NCBI RefSeq assembly: GCF_006345805.1
Contig: NC_043001.1
Span: 131,874,001 to 131,938,000 of the forward strand
DNA from: Octopus sinensis
Taxonomy: Eukaryota
Direction of reading: 5' to 3'
Length of the DNA stretch: 64,000 nt
The notes beneath the pieces are model-generated. The model worked only from the letters and a program-made list of their open reading frames with translations. It did not search any database and was not told where the DNA came from. Each line of letters opens with the position of its first letter. Position 1 is the first letter of the stretch. Positions 37,279 to 50,800 of this stretch are shown in pieces. Both the position numbers and the translations under genes were made by a program.

Positions 37279-38078
37279 ATGTAAGTAGTTGTTGAAGTTA
37301 GTTGTTAAACCAAAAAAAAAAAATCGTTGAATTTAAGCATCAACGTTGACAATGTAACATGGTCCACAAAACTTAAATGTTGTTTACAACCAACTAGCAG
37401 GCAATCATTTGATATGAACATGCAATGGAATGAAAATAAATCTGTGAATATCTGCCTGTGCACATATACATACATACATACATACATACATACTTACATA
37501 CATACATACATACGAACGTACGTACGTACATACATACATACATTCATATATACATATTAAGTTGTACATGTATACATGTAACTTTGGTGCATGTATACCT
37601 ATGACATATGTGCATTAGGTAATGTATGTTTAGGTGTGTGTGTATGTGTGGCATCGTCCGTTTTTCTGTCCCTGTTTCGTATACATTCGATCCTTCTTCC
37701 AAGAAATCTAATGCTCGTAGCTTAGTTTTTCCTTGGGGCTGGCCGGATCGGAGCGATCTCAAGATTAATCAGCCGAAATTGCTAGGATGATCCGGTTCTT
37801 GACTGAAGATTGAAGGCTTCGAATGTCCCGTCCGTGTTTTTTGTATCGTCTTCTAAATGTTTTACGTTCTTGACCCAGTTTGTATTTTTCTACTTATTAT
37901 ATATAATATATATATACCAGAATAATATAATAGGTATACATGCACCAAAGTTACATATATACATGTACAACTTAATATGTATATATGAATGTATGTATGT
38001 ACGTATGTATGTATGTATGTATAGATACCAGAAATATGGGCTGGCGCACATTTGAATTCAGAACTGACAGAGCTAGAG

Positions 38079-38117
<39 letters not shown>

Positions 38118-38179
38118 ATGTATGTATGTATGTATGTATGTATGTATGTATGTATATAATATATATATATATATATATA

Positions 38180-38264
<85 letters not shown>

Positions 38265-38604
38265 GTGAAGGCGCATGGCTCAGTGGTTAGAGCGTCGAGC
38301 TTACGATCGTGAGGTTGTGAGCTCGAATCCCGGACCGGGCTGCATGTTGTGTTCTTGAGCAAGGCACTTTATTTCACGTTGCTCCAGTTCACTCAGCTGT
38401 AGAAATGTGTTGCGACGTCACTGGTGCCAAGCTGTATCGACCTTTGTCTTTCCCTTGGATAAACTGGTGGCGTGGAGAGGGGAGGCTGGTATGCATGGGC
38501 GACTGCTGGTCTTCCATAAACAATCTCGCCCGGACTTGTGTCTAGGAGGGTAACTTTCTAGGTGCAATCCCATGGTCTGTGTCGTGACCGAAGGGGGTCT
38601 CCGA
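38265..38604 (+). mobile_element. tRNA-Arg-like CORE SINE (resembles octopus OR2-type)
   Basis: Head GGCGCATGGCTCAGTGGTTAGAGCG...TT-ACG-AT...GCTCGAATCCC, then CORE-like GTTCTTGAGCAAGGCACTTTATTTCACG...CACTCAGCTGTAGAAATG; inserted in (TA)n. Confidence 0.8.
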
Positions 38605-38659
38605 TTATATATGTATATATATATATGTATGTATGTATGTATGTATATATATATATACA

Positions 38660-39255
38660 TCAGGTTGATGCAAAAGTAATGTCTGATTTCTAGAAAAAAA
38701 TGTTTCAGAGCGAATTTATCAATTTTTTACCTCTTCTTATAGTGTTTAGATATATCTGTGTCTAATTTGTACTATTTTCTTTCAGATTATTTAACTTCTG
38801 GCCATAATTCTCAGACAATTTTACCACCATGTTTGTCCCATCTAAAAATCACATAAGAAATGTTATACTCAACGAGTTTCATAAAGGTGTTAATGCAAGT
38901 GCGGCAACAAGATCTATTCAGAGCACTTATGGGGATGATGTAGTGAATGAAAGAAGTTGCAGGGGGTGATTTTCAAGTTTCCAAAGTGGTGATTTCACTT
39001 TGAAAGAAGAGCCAAAAGAGGGTCGCCCCAAAAAAACTTGATTCCGAAATGTTGGAAGCTCTTGTTTCAGAGAACCCTACGATTACCACTAGGAAACTAG
39101 CAGAACAGCTAAACGTGGCCCATGCAACCGTGGTACGCCAGCTAAAACACATTGGAAAGGTTTCAGTGGCTGGAAAATGGGTCCCTCAGGAGCTGTCTCC
39201 AGAGAATCGACAACAGCGTGTTGCTTGTTGTCAATCATTGCTGTCGTGACACTAT
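38660..39255 (+). pseudogene. Mariner element 5' part: left terminus and decayed Mos1-like transposase N-terminus (ATG 38829)
   Basis: MFVPSKNHIRNVILNEF...F*SGDFTLKEEPKEGRP...LAEQLNVAHATVVRQLKHIGKVSVAGKWVPQEL (HTH and WVPHEL-like motifs); contains a stop and a frameshift. Confidence 0.85.
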
Positions 39256-39267
39256 CAGTTTATACAT

Positions 39268-39650
39268 GGCGGAGGCGCAATGGCCCAGTGGTTAAGGCAG
39301 CGGACTCGCGGTCATAGGATCGCGGTTTCGATTCCCAGACCGGGCGTTGTGAGTGTTTATTGAGCGAAAACACCTAAAGCTCCACGAGGCTCCGCCAGGG
39401 ATGGTGGTGATCCCTGCTGTACTCTTTCACCACAACTTTCTCTCACTCTTACTTCCTGTTTCTGTTGTACCTTGTATTTCAAAGGGCCGGCCTTGTCACT
39501 CTCTGAGTCACGCTGAATATCCCCGAGAACTACGTTAAGGGTACACGTGTCTGTGGAGTGCTCAGCCGCTTACACGTTAATTTCACGAGCAAGCTGTTCC
39601 GTTGATCGGATCAACCGGAACCCTCGTCGTCGTAACCGACGGAGTGCTTC
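39268..39650 (+). mobile_element. SINE family D
   Basis: Full copy; 12-bp TSD CAGTTTATACAT at 39256-39267 and 39651-39662. Confidence 0.9.
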
Positions 39651-39697
39651 CAGTTTATACATAAACTATTTATAAATGTATAATTTAGTTACATATT

Positions 39698-39747
<50 letters not shown>

Positions 39748-40744
39748 TATGTCCAGTTACAATAAAAACAATTTTACATTAATCTGATGGGTTACCCTAT
39801 ACTTTTGGAGAGTACAAATGTATTATTCTTAAGCAAGAATTTTATTGATAGTGACTTCGAAGTTTCTGCCAGTTAAGCCATTGTTTTCATATATTATGTG
39901 AAAACACACAAATCTGACAATGTGCGCCAGCCCATATTATTTCTGATATCTATATTATTCACACATCAGTTGAAATCAGAGTTCTTAGTCACATAACTAT
40001 GTCTGATTTTGTACACAGTTTCACTGTACATGTGTCAGATACAGTTTCAGAATACCAAAGATCTGTCAGTAAAATTTGTGAGGTAACAGCTATGTTAAAA
40101 ATCCGTCAAAGTGGCCATTACTGTTGGGGGTAGGAGATCAATAAATGAAGTACCAGTCCAGATCAGTGGATTAGTGGAATTGTTAGACTATTGGATTTGA
40201 TGGTATGCAGTATTTGCTCTAGCTCTGTCAGTTCTGAATTCAAATCAACTGAAGGCTCAAGGTCAACTTTTCTTTTTAACACATCAGGATTGATAAATAA
40301 TGTAGCATTCCAGGTAGGTCAGTGATTTAGTGCAAGGATTAGAGGGAATTTTGTTCCAGTTTTGAGGAATCTTGGTTCAAATCCAGTCTCACGCTACTAG
40401 AAAGAAATATGTCCTTTGTGACCCAGAAACAACTATGCTAGACCAAGGATTAGAAAGTCCATATGCAAACACCCAAGTGTTTCAGCTTTTCACTTTTCAT
40501 AGCAGGATGCCAGAAAGCAGAAGAGAAAGCAAGTAAGCAGTCAGGTCCTGTGCAATCAATCTCTCAGTAATTGCCATGATGTTTCATCACAGCTAATAAT
40601 TCATTGCCAGTTCTAACAACTTCAGTGCTTAGAGATCAACGTTATCTTAGACATAATTTCTATTTGGATTTGTATTGTTGTCGAGCCTCAGGTCAAACCT
40701 GATTGAGTAGACTTATGACCACAAATATTCCAGTTGAGAACATA

Positions 40745-41165
40745 TAGGTGCAGGAGTGGCTGTGTGGTAAGTAGCTTGCTTACCAGCCACATGGTTCCGG
40801 GTTCAGTCCCACTGCGTGGCATCTTGGGCGAGTGTCTTCTGCTATAGCCCCGGGCCGACCAATGCCTTGTGAGTAGATTTGGTAGACGGAAACTGAAAGA
40901 AGCCTGTCGTATATATGTATATATATATATATATGTTTGTATGTGTGTGTGTTTGTGTGTCTGTGTTTGTCCCCCTAGCATTGCTTGACAACCGATGCTG
41001 GTGCGTTTATGTCCCCGTAACTTAGCAGTTCGGCAAAAAGAGACCGATAGAATAAGTACTGGGCTTACAAAGAATAAGTCCCGGGGTCGATTTGCTCGAC
41101 TAAAGGCGGTGCTCCAGCATGGCCGCAGTCAAATGACTGAAACAAGTAAAAAAAAGAAAAAGAAA
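40745..41165 (+). mobile_element. SINE family A
   Basis: Full copy. Confidence 0.9.
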
Positions 41166-41930
41166 GAATACTCTCTTTTTCTGTCAGATTACACTTCAAG
41201 ATCATATTGAATCTGTCTATTTTTTTACCTTCCAAAACAAGCATGTTGTTGCTATTTTTGGCAGTCCAAATGACTACATAAATACCTACTTTTTGGTTCA
41301 ATAACCCCTGGTCATCCTCTAAGATTAAGCTCACAAGATTTTCATGGGAGAATGCACTTGAATGGCATTCTCTTTATCTTATTAGTATTGGTGTCACCTA
41401 AAAAGTACCCCTTACATTTGGCATTAGGAAGGTTATCCAGCCATAGAAACCAAACCAGAATAGGCTACGGAATCTGGTGTGGCTCCTGGTCTTATTCCTG
41501 TCAAGCCGTCCAACCCATGCCAGCATGGAAAACAAACATTAAATGTTGATGATGAGGATGATGATGATGATAATGATAGTGATGATGATGATGATGATGA
41601 TGGTGATGGTGACGATGATGATGATGGTGACGATGGTGATAGTTTTAAGTACTAGGATTGGAACTCATTTTGCTAAGTCTTTATTCATAGGGCACTCCAA
41701 CAGTTTGCACCAGTAAGCTGTCAATATTAAATTGGTGTGAATTGGAAAGGGATTTTCTGTGTAGGGGTAAGATGGTTTAACACCAAGTAGCGATGATTCT
41801 ATGCTCATATGTTTTGTATTCCAGTATGCTATGGATACTCAATGTTGTTTGTGGTTTAATCATTTTATTTCTACTTTATCTCAGATCACTTAGCTGTCAT
41901 CTATCTTTAGTCTACTGGTATGGCCTAGGA

Positions 41931-42293
41931 GTGGAGGCGCAATGGCCCAGTGGTTAGGGCAGCGGACTCGCGGTCGTAGGATCACGGTTTGAGTGTTTAT
42001 TGAGCGAAAACACCTAAAGCTCCACGAGGCTCCGGCAGGGGATGGTGGTGATCCCTGCTGTACTCTTTCACCACAACTTTCTCTCACTCTTACTTCCTGT
42101 TTCTGTTGTACCTGTATTTCAAAGGGCCGGCCTTGTCACTCTCTGTGTCACGCTGAATATCCCTGAGAATTACGTTAAGGGTACACGTGTCTGCAGAGTG
42201 CTCAGCCACTTACACATTAATTTCATGAGCAGGCTGTTCCGTTCACCGGATCAACCAGAACCCTTGTCGTCATAACCGACGGAGTGCTTCCAC
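41931..42293 (+). mobile_element. SINE family D with B-box deletion
   Basis: TSD ATGGCCTAGGA at 41920-41930 and 42294-42304; lacks CGATTCCCAGACCGGGCG. Confidence 0.9.
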
Positions 42294-44404
42294 ATGGCCT
42301 AGGAATATTTTCTGACATAGACCAATTTCCATTTTGATGTAGAATCAATTTATAAACCATCTTCTTTATGGCATGAACACAGAGTTAAACAATATTGCTT
42401 CAAAATCCCTTCTGGGAGCTCCTAGATGTTCACTTAAATAGAAAGAAGTAATTGGCAACTTTCCCTCGAAATCTTACCCTCCAATTTTAGAAAGTAAAAG
42501 GTACATTGGATAGTTCTACAAACTCCTAAAATGATAGGATGGTCATAGCTGAATTATTTTTTACCATAATTCTATTTGATCAGGGTTTGGTTGGCACTAA
42601 ACAAGAGCAAAACTATTGAAGCTTTGGAAGAATGTAAATAAATATGTGTGTATGTGTGTGTGTGTGTGTGTGTGTGTACATATGTATGTCATTGTCTTCT
42701 TTGTAACATTGGTGGAAGGATGAAAGCCATAACATTACAAATGGTAATCTGACATTCTGCCAATCAACCACCCATTGGTGTTGTTGTTTTGCTCCGGGTC
42801 AGGCTTGGTGCTGCAAACCTGTTACCAATCACTCCAACTCTGACCATCCAGTTGTGTCTTTGTTTTTTTTTTCATTTTCCCTTCTTTGTGTATGCCATGT
42901 TCTGTATTTCATTTCAAGACAGCAGAGTTGATCAATTTGGATTACGATCAATTTGGCAGTTATTTCTAGCAGGTTGTTAGACCACATAGAGATTCTTCCA
43001 TCTGTTGTTTTCCTAGAAAGGTGTGGCATGAAATAAAACAGTGCAATAAACATTACGAATAATATATAATTTGAATGTTTGATAAACCTTTAACATAACG
43101 ACTGATTAGAGATAATGAAAACTTTGTTCATATAATGTTATCTGCTTCACTTATTATAAAGGCTCTTATCTGTAATAATTGTATAAAAATGTATTTTGTA
43201 ATCAAAATTTCAGAAAGAAATGTTTATAAATTTATTTATTTTAGATTTCAAATAATTAAATTTCATACATTTTGCGTTATTTATGTTGTTATTTTATGTT
43301 TTTCAAATTCAAACTTATTATACTTTATCTGGATAATATCAAATATAGAGCACCATAAATATAGTTATTAGCTAAAAAAAATAATAATAATATTGATAAC
43401 AATAATTGTCTCTTTGCTCACCTTCAGTGTGGTATTAGTTTTAAATGAATTATGAAACACCAAGTAAATAAATTAACAGAATATGATTAAAGATGTCTTA
43501 AAGTAGGTGAATGAAAATACAAATATTCTACATTTTAATCATGAGGAAATTAAAATCTGCAAGCTACAAAATGATATTGGAAATATATAAAGATTTTAAC
43601 ATTATTTAAATAACAAACAAAACAAAATTTTAAATAACAAAGTTATAGTTATCTCCCTTACTTCCCATCTTTTGCTATATGGTATAAGAATGGAATGTGT
43701 AAAAAGGAAATATTCTTTGAGAAGATTTTTGAATAGCTTTTAATTCTGAAGGATATTTGTTGTTTTTGTTGTTTTTTATATATATATTTTTCTACGATTG
43801 TTACATTTATGTTCTAAAAGACAATACAAATAAGAGCAACAATAAAACACTTTCCTCTTAGAATTTCAAAGAAGATGAGAAATGATCTAAGGGAAAATTT
43901 TATATAAAACGAGATATTTTAATGATTGTGTATATGAAGGTTTATATATATATTTTTTCTTATGTTTGTCATTGATTTTGTTTGGATGTTTATTGTGATG
44001 GAAAGCTTCATTGTTGTTGTAATCAAGAATACTCCAACTATCACATGTCAATATTCCTCTAATCTTGCTATGTTAATCCTTTAAAATACTTAAATTCTAA
44101 CTAAATTTATTAAGTATACATCTATTCATTTTTGCCCAAATTCATTTTCAGCCTGTACTAAAGCAAGCATAATTTTATTAATACAAATCCTCCACTTACA
44201 AATGCATACATATTTATAATAATTAAACGTGTGTATATGTGCATGTGTCTGAAAATTTATACATGTATGCATGTATGTGTATATATGCATGCATGTTTGT
44301 ACGATTGTATGTGTATATGTATGTAAATTTTGTTTGCATAGTAAGTTTTGTGGAATGCCTATATGAGTATAAGTGGCCATATATGTGTTCATCCATGCAC
44401 AAGC

Positions 44405-44464
<60 letters not shown>

Positions 44465-44465
44465 C

Positions 44466-44499
<34 letters not shown>

Positions 44500-44577
44500 A
44501 CATATATATATTATATATATATATACATATATACATATATATAATATATATTATATATATATATATATAATATATAT

Positions 44578-44608
<31 letters not shown>

Positions 44609-45402
44609 CATACATTTATATATATATCATATACATATACACACACACATATATACATATATAAACACACTCTCAAACATGCATAGATATATGCACTTAT
44701 ATATGTATGTGTATATATATATGTATGTATGTATATATGCATATGTATGAATGCCTGCATATATGCATGTATGTATGATTATGTATGTATGTATGTATGT
44801 ATGTATATATGCATGCTTTTATGTGAATGCAGTCATCAATCTATTTATGAACATCAGCTTGCCGGTTTGTAAACTTTTTCAGCAATTGAAATATCCAGAT
44901 TAAGTTAACATGTGATCTCTAAGTATGTAATAGCATCTATAAATTCTAATATATATGTTATATGTTTATATGTAAACTTATATGAGCAAAGAAACGCATT
45001 ATTACACGGATTTAATCATTCACAAATTGTTTCCATATTATTAGCATTTTTCATAAACAATATCTATATATGTGAAAATGTATCTAGAAGCATAAGTACG
45101 AATGTGTAACATGTTTTGCTTTATTGCTTATATTTTATTATATAAATATTGGGATCTCTCTCTCTCTCTTTCTCTGTATATGTATGTATGTATGTATGTA
45201 TGTGTGTGTATATATATATATACATATATTTAGACAGATATAAATATTTATATAACAAATATTAGCAATATAACAAAATTTTAACAATAAAGCAAATGAA
45301 TGATTTTATATATATATATATATATTTGGACAGATATAAATATTTATATAACAAATATTAGCAATATAACAAGATATTAACAATAAAGCAAATGAAGGAT
45401 TA

Positions 45403-45436
<34 letters not shown>

Positions 45437-45792
45437 AGTACAGGGTGCGATGAATAAATTGTCACCATTTTATATTCTTAATTTCATGCATGCACATTGT
45501 TTGTTTTTGAATTTGTCAACCACACAGTATAGTAGGGTCAGTTGGGCACCATCTGTGAGAAAAACAGCACCACGACACAATTTACTCTGCCAGAAATTTG
45601 TAAACAACAAGCTGTACTGTTTGGCATTTGTGCTTGAAGCTCCAATACGAACATTTCAAAAGATGAAAGGTGAAGTCAACCTCAGAGGAAATTGAACTCA
45701 AAACGTTAAAGATGGATGAAAAGCTAAGAACTTTGCCTCATGCTAGCAATTCTGCCAGCTTGCTACCTTAAAGATCTGTTATTATTAATAAA

Positions 45793-46622
45793 TCTTTATA
45801 TATAAAAGTAAGGTTGTGTGCTGTCTGTCTCCTACGATTTAGATCCCTAACTACTCCCACATTTTGCGGTGCAGTTTAACCAAAACTGGGTATCTTATAG
45901 TCGTGATTCATATCGAGCCCTTCTGGGTATTAGCGTGCGTCTACGATGAGTCTACGATTTAAAAAAAAGTTTACCATCAATTTTTCCCATTTTTAATGCA
46001 TTTTTGGCATAAATAAGGGAAGTAACTATCTAAAAATTTATTATTAAATCTCAGAACGTAAAAAGCTATAGTAACACCATCACCTTTGTGGTTAGCCATA
46101 TTGAGATGGCTATTATACTTTACATCTCTAAAAATGCTTATATAGTTATTTCCCTTACAAACCCGAACAACGCCAGGTGATACTGCTCTTTTACTCTTTT
46201 ATTCTTTTACTTGTTTCAGTCATTTGACTGCGGCCATGCTGGAGCACCGCCTTTAGTCGAGCAAATCGACCCCGGGACTTATCCTTTGTAAGCCCAGTAC
46301 TTATTCTATCGGTCTCTTTTGCCGAAATGCTAAGTGACAGGGACATAAACACACCAGCATCGGTTGTCAAGCAATGCTAGGGGGACAAACACACACACAA
46401 ACACACACACACCAACACACAATATAATATATATATATATTATATATTATACATATATACGACAGGCTTCTTTCAGTTTCCGTCTACCAAATCTACTCAC
46501 AAGGCATTGGTCGGCCCGGGACTATAGCAGAAGACACTTGCCCAAGATGCCACGCAGTGGGACTGAACCCGGAACCATGTGGTTGGTTAGCAAGCTACTT
46601 ACCTCACAGCCATTCCTGCTAG
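45793..46622 (+). mobile_element. Non-autonomous Helitron interrupted by SINE family A (46188-46617, -)
   Basis: A|TC 5' end with TATATAAAA and GTCT repeats; degenerate subterminal hairpin CCCGAACAACGCCAGG; CTAG|T 3' end restored once the SINE (CTGCT duplication) is removed. Confidence 0.75.
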
Positions 46623-47092
46623 TAATAAATAAAAATGAAATCATTATGATCATTATTATATAAGGTGGCAAACTGGCAGAATTGTTAGTGCGCCTGACTA
46701 AATGCTCAGTGGTATTTCACCTGTGGTATTTCACTCTATATTCAAATTTCACCGAGTTCGAATTCGACTTTGCCTGTCATCCTTTTGGGGATGTAATCAA
46801 CTAGTCCCCTCTCCTAAAAAATTTCAGGCCTTGTGCCAAAAAGAATTATCATCATTATTATCATTATCATTATTATTATGTTAGTGGGCTGGTAGAAGTG
46901 TTACTGTGCTATGCAAAATATTTAACAACATTTCTTTCAGCTCCTCGAGTTCTGAGTTCAAATTCCACTGAGGTCAACCTTGCTGTTCATAATTTCATAC
47001 TTTTGGTGGCAATAAAATAACTAACTGTTGAGCACTGGGGAGGTAGGGGTGATTTAATTGACTTCCTCCTCTTCCTATCAAAATTGCTTGCC

Positions 47093-47512
47093 TTACTCTC
47101 TTTACTCTCTTTTACTTGTTTCAGTCATTTGACTGTGGCCATGCTGGAGCACCACCTTTTAATCGAGCAACTCGACTCCGAGACTTATTCTTTTTGTAAG
47201 CCCAGTACTTATTCTATCGGACTCTTTTGCCGAACCGCTAAGTAACGGGGACATAAACACACCAGCATCGGTTGTCAAGCAATGCTAGGGGGACAAACAC
47301 AGACACACAAACAAACACACACACTTATATATATATATATACATATATACGACAGGCTTCTTTCAGTTTCCGTCTACCAAATCCACTCACAAGGCATTGG
47401 TCGGCCCAGGGCTATAGCAGAAGACACTTGCCCAAGATGTCACGCAGTGGGACTGAACCCGGAACCATATGGTTGGTTAGCAAGCTACTTACCACACAGC
47501 CACTCCTGCACC
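47093..47512 (-). mobile_element. SINE family A
   Basis: Full copy. Confidence 0.9.
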
Positions 47513-48624
47513 TTGTGTGAAAATGAGAAAGAACATCCTTTTGGTGTTGATAAAATAAGTACCAATGGAACACTGGGGTCAATGAAATTGATGAGCCACC
47601 TACCCCAAAATTCCACCCCTCTTTTGCCTATAGTAGAAAAGAACTATTATTATCATCATCATCATCTTCAATATTATTATTATTGGCAGTGGTCTAGTAT
47701 AATCATTAGAGTGTCTGAAAAAAGTGTTTTACGACATTTCATCTGAGTTCAAGTCATGCCAAGGCAAACTGTGCCTTTCATTTCACTAAGACTCAGATAA
47801 AGTACCAATCAAGTACTGGAACCAATGGTATCACAACTATCTCTCCTCTTCTCTATATTACTCACCATATTCCTAAATTATTTTGTAGAAGGTTAGTGCA
47901 ATAGCAAAAGAAACATATGTCAACCATATCTTAGATCAACCTTAAGAACCCTTCCTACCAAAGATACCAGCCATACTGTAGTTGTCAATGTCTGTAAGTC
48001 CATTTCTCAGCCTCCTGGTATCATTTAACAGGATTGAATAGATTCAGCCAAGACCCTTAATAACCTGTTCTCTCTCTCTCTCTCTTTTCTCAGATTGGCT
48101 TGCATTCAATTTTAAAGGGGAATTCTCTAACTTCCGTTTGTATTTTGGACAAACTGCATCTTTTCTTGTCTTTGGAATGAAGTCATCATTGTCAGAATAA
48201 CTCATCCAAAAGGATGAAGAGTGCTTCCATTTTTATCTTTGTTTCCACCATGGCAGTATTGTTATTAATGAAAGACCATAGTGGTGGTAGCACAAGATAC
48301 CATTTGATCTCCATTCCTTGTGAGTATCTTGCGGCACCTCTCAGTACCAAATCCAAAAGTACCACCAAAATGATAATCAGAATCTTTCATTCCATCATTA
48401 ATTCCTACATTGTTATTAATTTTAATTTGGGGTTATCAGCCTGAACGATTACAAGCTGGTATATATATAATGTTATATATACAGTTAGGGCTTCTTTGGC
48501 TTTATTGTTGTGTTTATTGTTATTAGGTTATCGGGGTGGGGGGTTCTTACAGAATGGGTATTATCAATTTGTTAAGTGCTTGTCACTTAATCATGAATTA
48601 AAAGGATAAAAAAAGAAAGGATAC

Positions 48625-48868
48625 AGATCCTTCCCAAATCATCTAGACTCATAAGGCCTATTCCACAGTTCCTGTAATGTAAATATTCCCTCCCAGATGG
48701 GATGCCAGTCCTTTCGCAGGAATATTCACTTTTGCCAGCTGAGAGGACTGGAGCAATGTGAAATGAAATGTTTTGCTCAAGAACACACGGCATCACCCGG
48801 TGAAGGAATTAAAACCACAGTCTTATAATCCTGAGTCCAATCTCCTGACCACTAAACCACATTTCCTT
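48625..48868 (-). mobile_element. Diverged CORE-like SINE
   Basis: Homologous to 725-978. Confidence 0.7.
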
Positions 48869-49827
48869 GGTGATAAATCACAGGAATACTAAACCCAATT
48901 ATTACATCAGAAATTCCTTGACTCAACGTGAGATTGAAACCAGGATCACATGGCTTTAAAGAAAATTTCTTACCTATACAGCCACGTTGGAAACAATTCT
49001 TCTCTAGGTTCATGACTTCGTACCAATGTGAGAAATAAATATTAATTTGTAATAGTATTAACTCCAGATTTTTCTTAATTAGTATGATTCCATTTACACA
49101 ATAACCATTAACAAAATATTTTTTTTAAATCGAGAAAAGTAAAGGTGAAAGGGAGAGAAAAGAAAGAGAATGAGAAAGAGGAATATTTTATCCAAAATAA
49201 CAGTGTTCCATAGAACACAGTTCCTACTGAACTCAACTTAACACCTGCCTGCCTACTTCCTGACACAATATTTTATCACTAAAATTTCTCATTGCTTCAT
49301 TTACCCTCAACTAAAATAATGAAGTTATATTTTCTATTTGTTATCACCAATACTTATTTTTTTCTCATGTACTTTTTTTTTTAAAGTCCTACTATAATAA
49401 ATTATTTTTTCCATTTTTCTTATGCTTTGAAATTTATTATTTATTTGTGTTAAGATATATTTACTGAAAACAAATTTTTATATTAATAAAGATAAATGAT
49501 AACGAATATATTATTATCATCATCATCATCATCATCATCATTGTCATCATCATTACTATTATCATTATTATTATCACCACTATTATTATTATCATTAAGG
49601 CAGCAAGCTGGCAGAATTGTTAACATGCCAGGCAAAATGCTTAGCAGCATTTTGTGCATTCTCAATTCAAATTCCACTGGGAGAATCTTTGCTTTTCATT
49701 ATTTTGTGGTTGATGAAATAAGTACCTGTTATGCACTGGAGTTGATGTAATCAACTTGCCCCCTACTCCCAAAATATCAGGCCTTGAGACTATAGTAGAA
49801 AAGATTATTATTATTATTATTATTATT

Positions 49828-50343
49828 GAGTGAGAGAGCAGTGCATGCCATGAAAGTGACACTGGGGTAAAATATATATGAAACCCAGTATGCCCATCAT
49901 GACTACCCATTTGATAAGGGTACACCAGGCACATGTATCACAACCATATGTGTATGACATGGTGACCTCTTGCAGGTGGGGCCCAGTTAGAATTTTCTTC
50001 AGGTTGAGTGGCTCATCCCTTGTTTAATGATGTTAACCGAAACACCCATATGTCCAGAGGTGAATTATTCAAACTCCAAAGAATTTCTATCAACACATGG
50101 CTATGATGCTCCCCAACTACTTCTGCTTATATCGTCAGCCACCAAAGGTGTACATATCGTCAGCCACCAAAGGATATGCTCAACTGGTTCAGGTCAAACA
50201 AGTGACAAGCAAATCTGTGGTATTGAGTAGAATATTTGCTGTCAGTCACTTTTAAATACTAAGACAAATCATGTATATGATAACACTTCCAATCAGTTAA
50301 GATCAGAAGCTATGAGAGCCAGTGCCTGGAACTGCATCTGGGC
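49828..50343 (-). mobile_element. Repeat family C
   Basis: Adjacent to (TTA)n; homologous to 34851-35390. Confidence 0.8.
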
Positions 50344-50569
50344 ATTGGCAGTGAAGTAGCAGAATCATTAGAGTGTCCTATAAAATGTCTTATGGCAGGT
50401 CGTCTGAGTTCAAATCGTCCCAAGGTGGATTTTGCTTTTAATCTCTCCAAGGGACAAATAAATTACCACTGGGCATGATGGTATCAGCTAACTGATTCCT
50501 ATCAAAATTGATAGGCATGGGCCTAAATTAGAAACCGAAAACAAAAAAAAAAAAAGAAAGAAAATGTTA

Positions 50570-50800
50570 TCTATTATATAAAATCCGTTCCGTCTGTCTG
50601 TGTGTGTGTCTTCTAGGATCTCAGGTATCCTCCATTTGATTGCACTCAAATTTGATACGTAGATATCAACGGTATCAGGGCGTGTATAAGTCTTGAAAAA
50701 GTTATGAAAATCGATTCCAGGTGAGGATGCGATCGATAAAGCCGTGAGAACGTGCATTTGTAAAATCGTTTTTCTTGGAATAGAAAAAAAATCTATCTTT
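50570..50800 (+). mobile_element. Helitron-like 5' fragment
   Basis: A|TCTATTATATAAAA followed by GTCT/GT repeats, like 45793 and 56280; 3' end not found. Confidence 0.5.

Noticed and set aside
45228-45402. ~98-bp tandem duplication of AT-rich sequence
   Set aside because: Ordinary local duplication between TA tracts, with no further structure.
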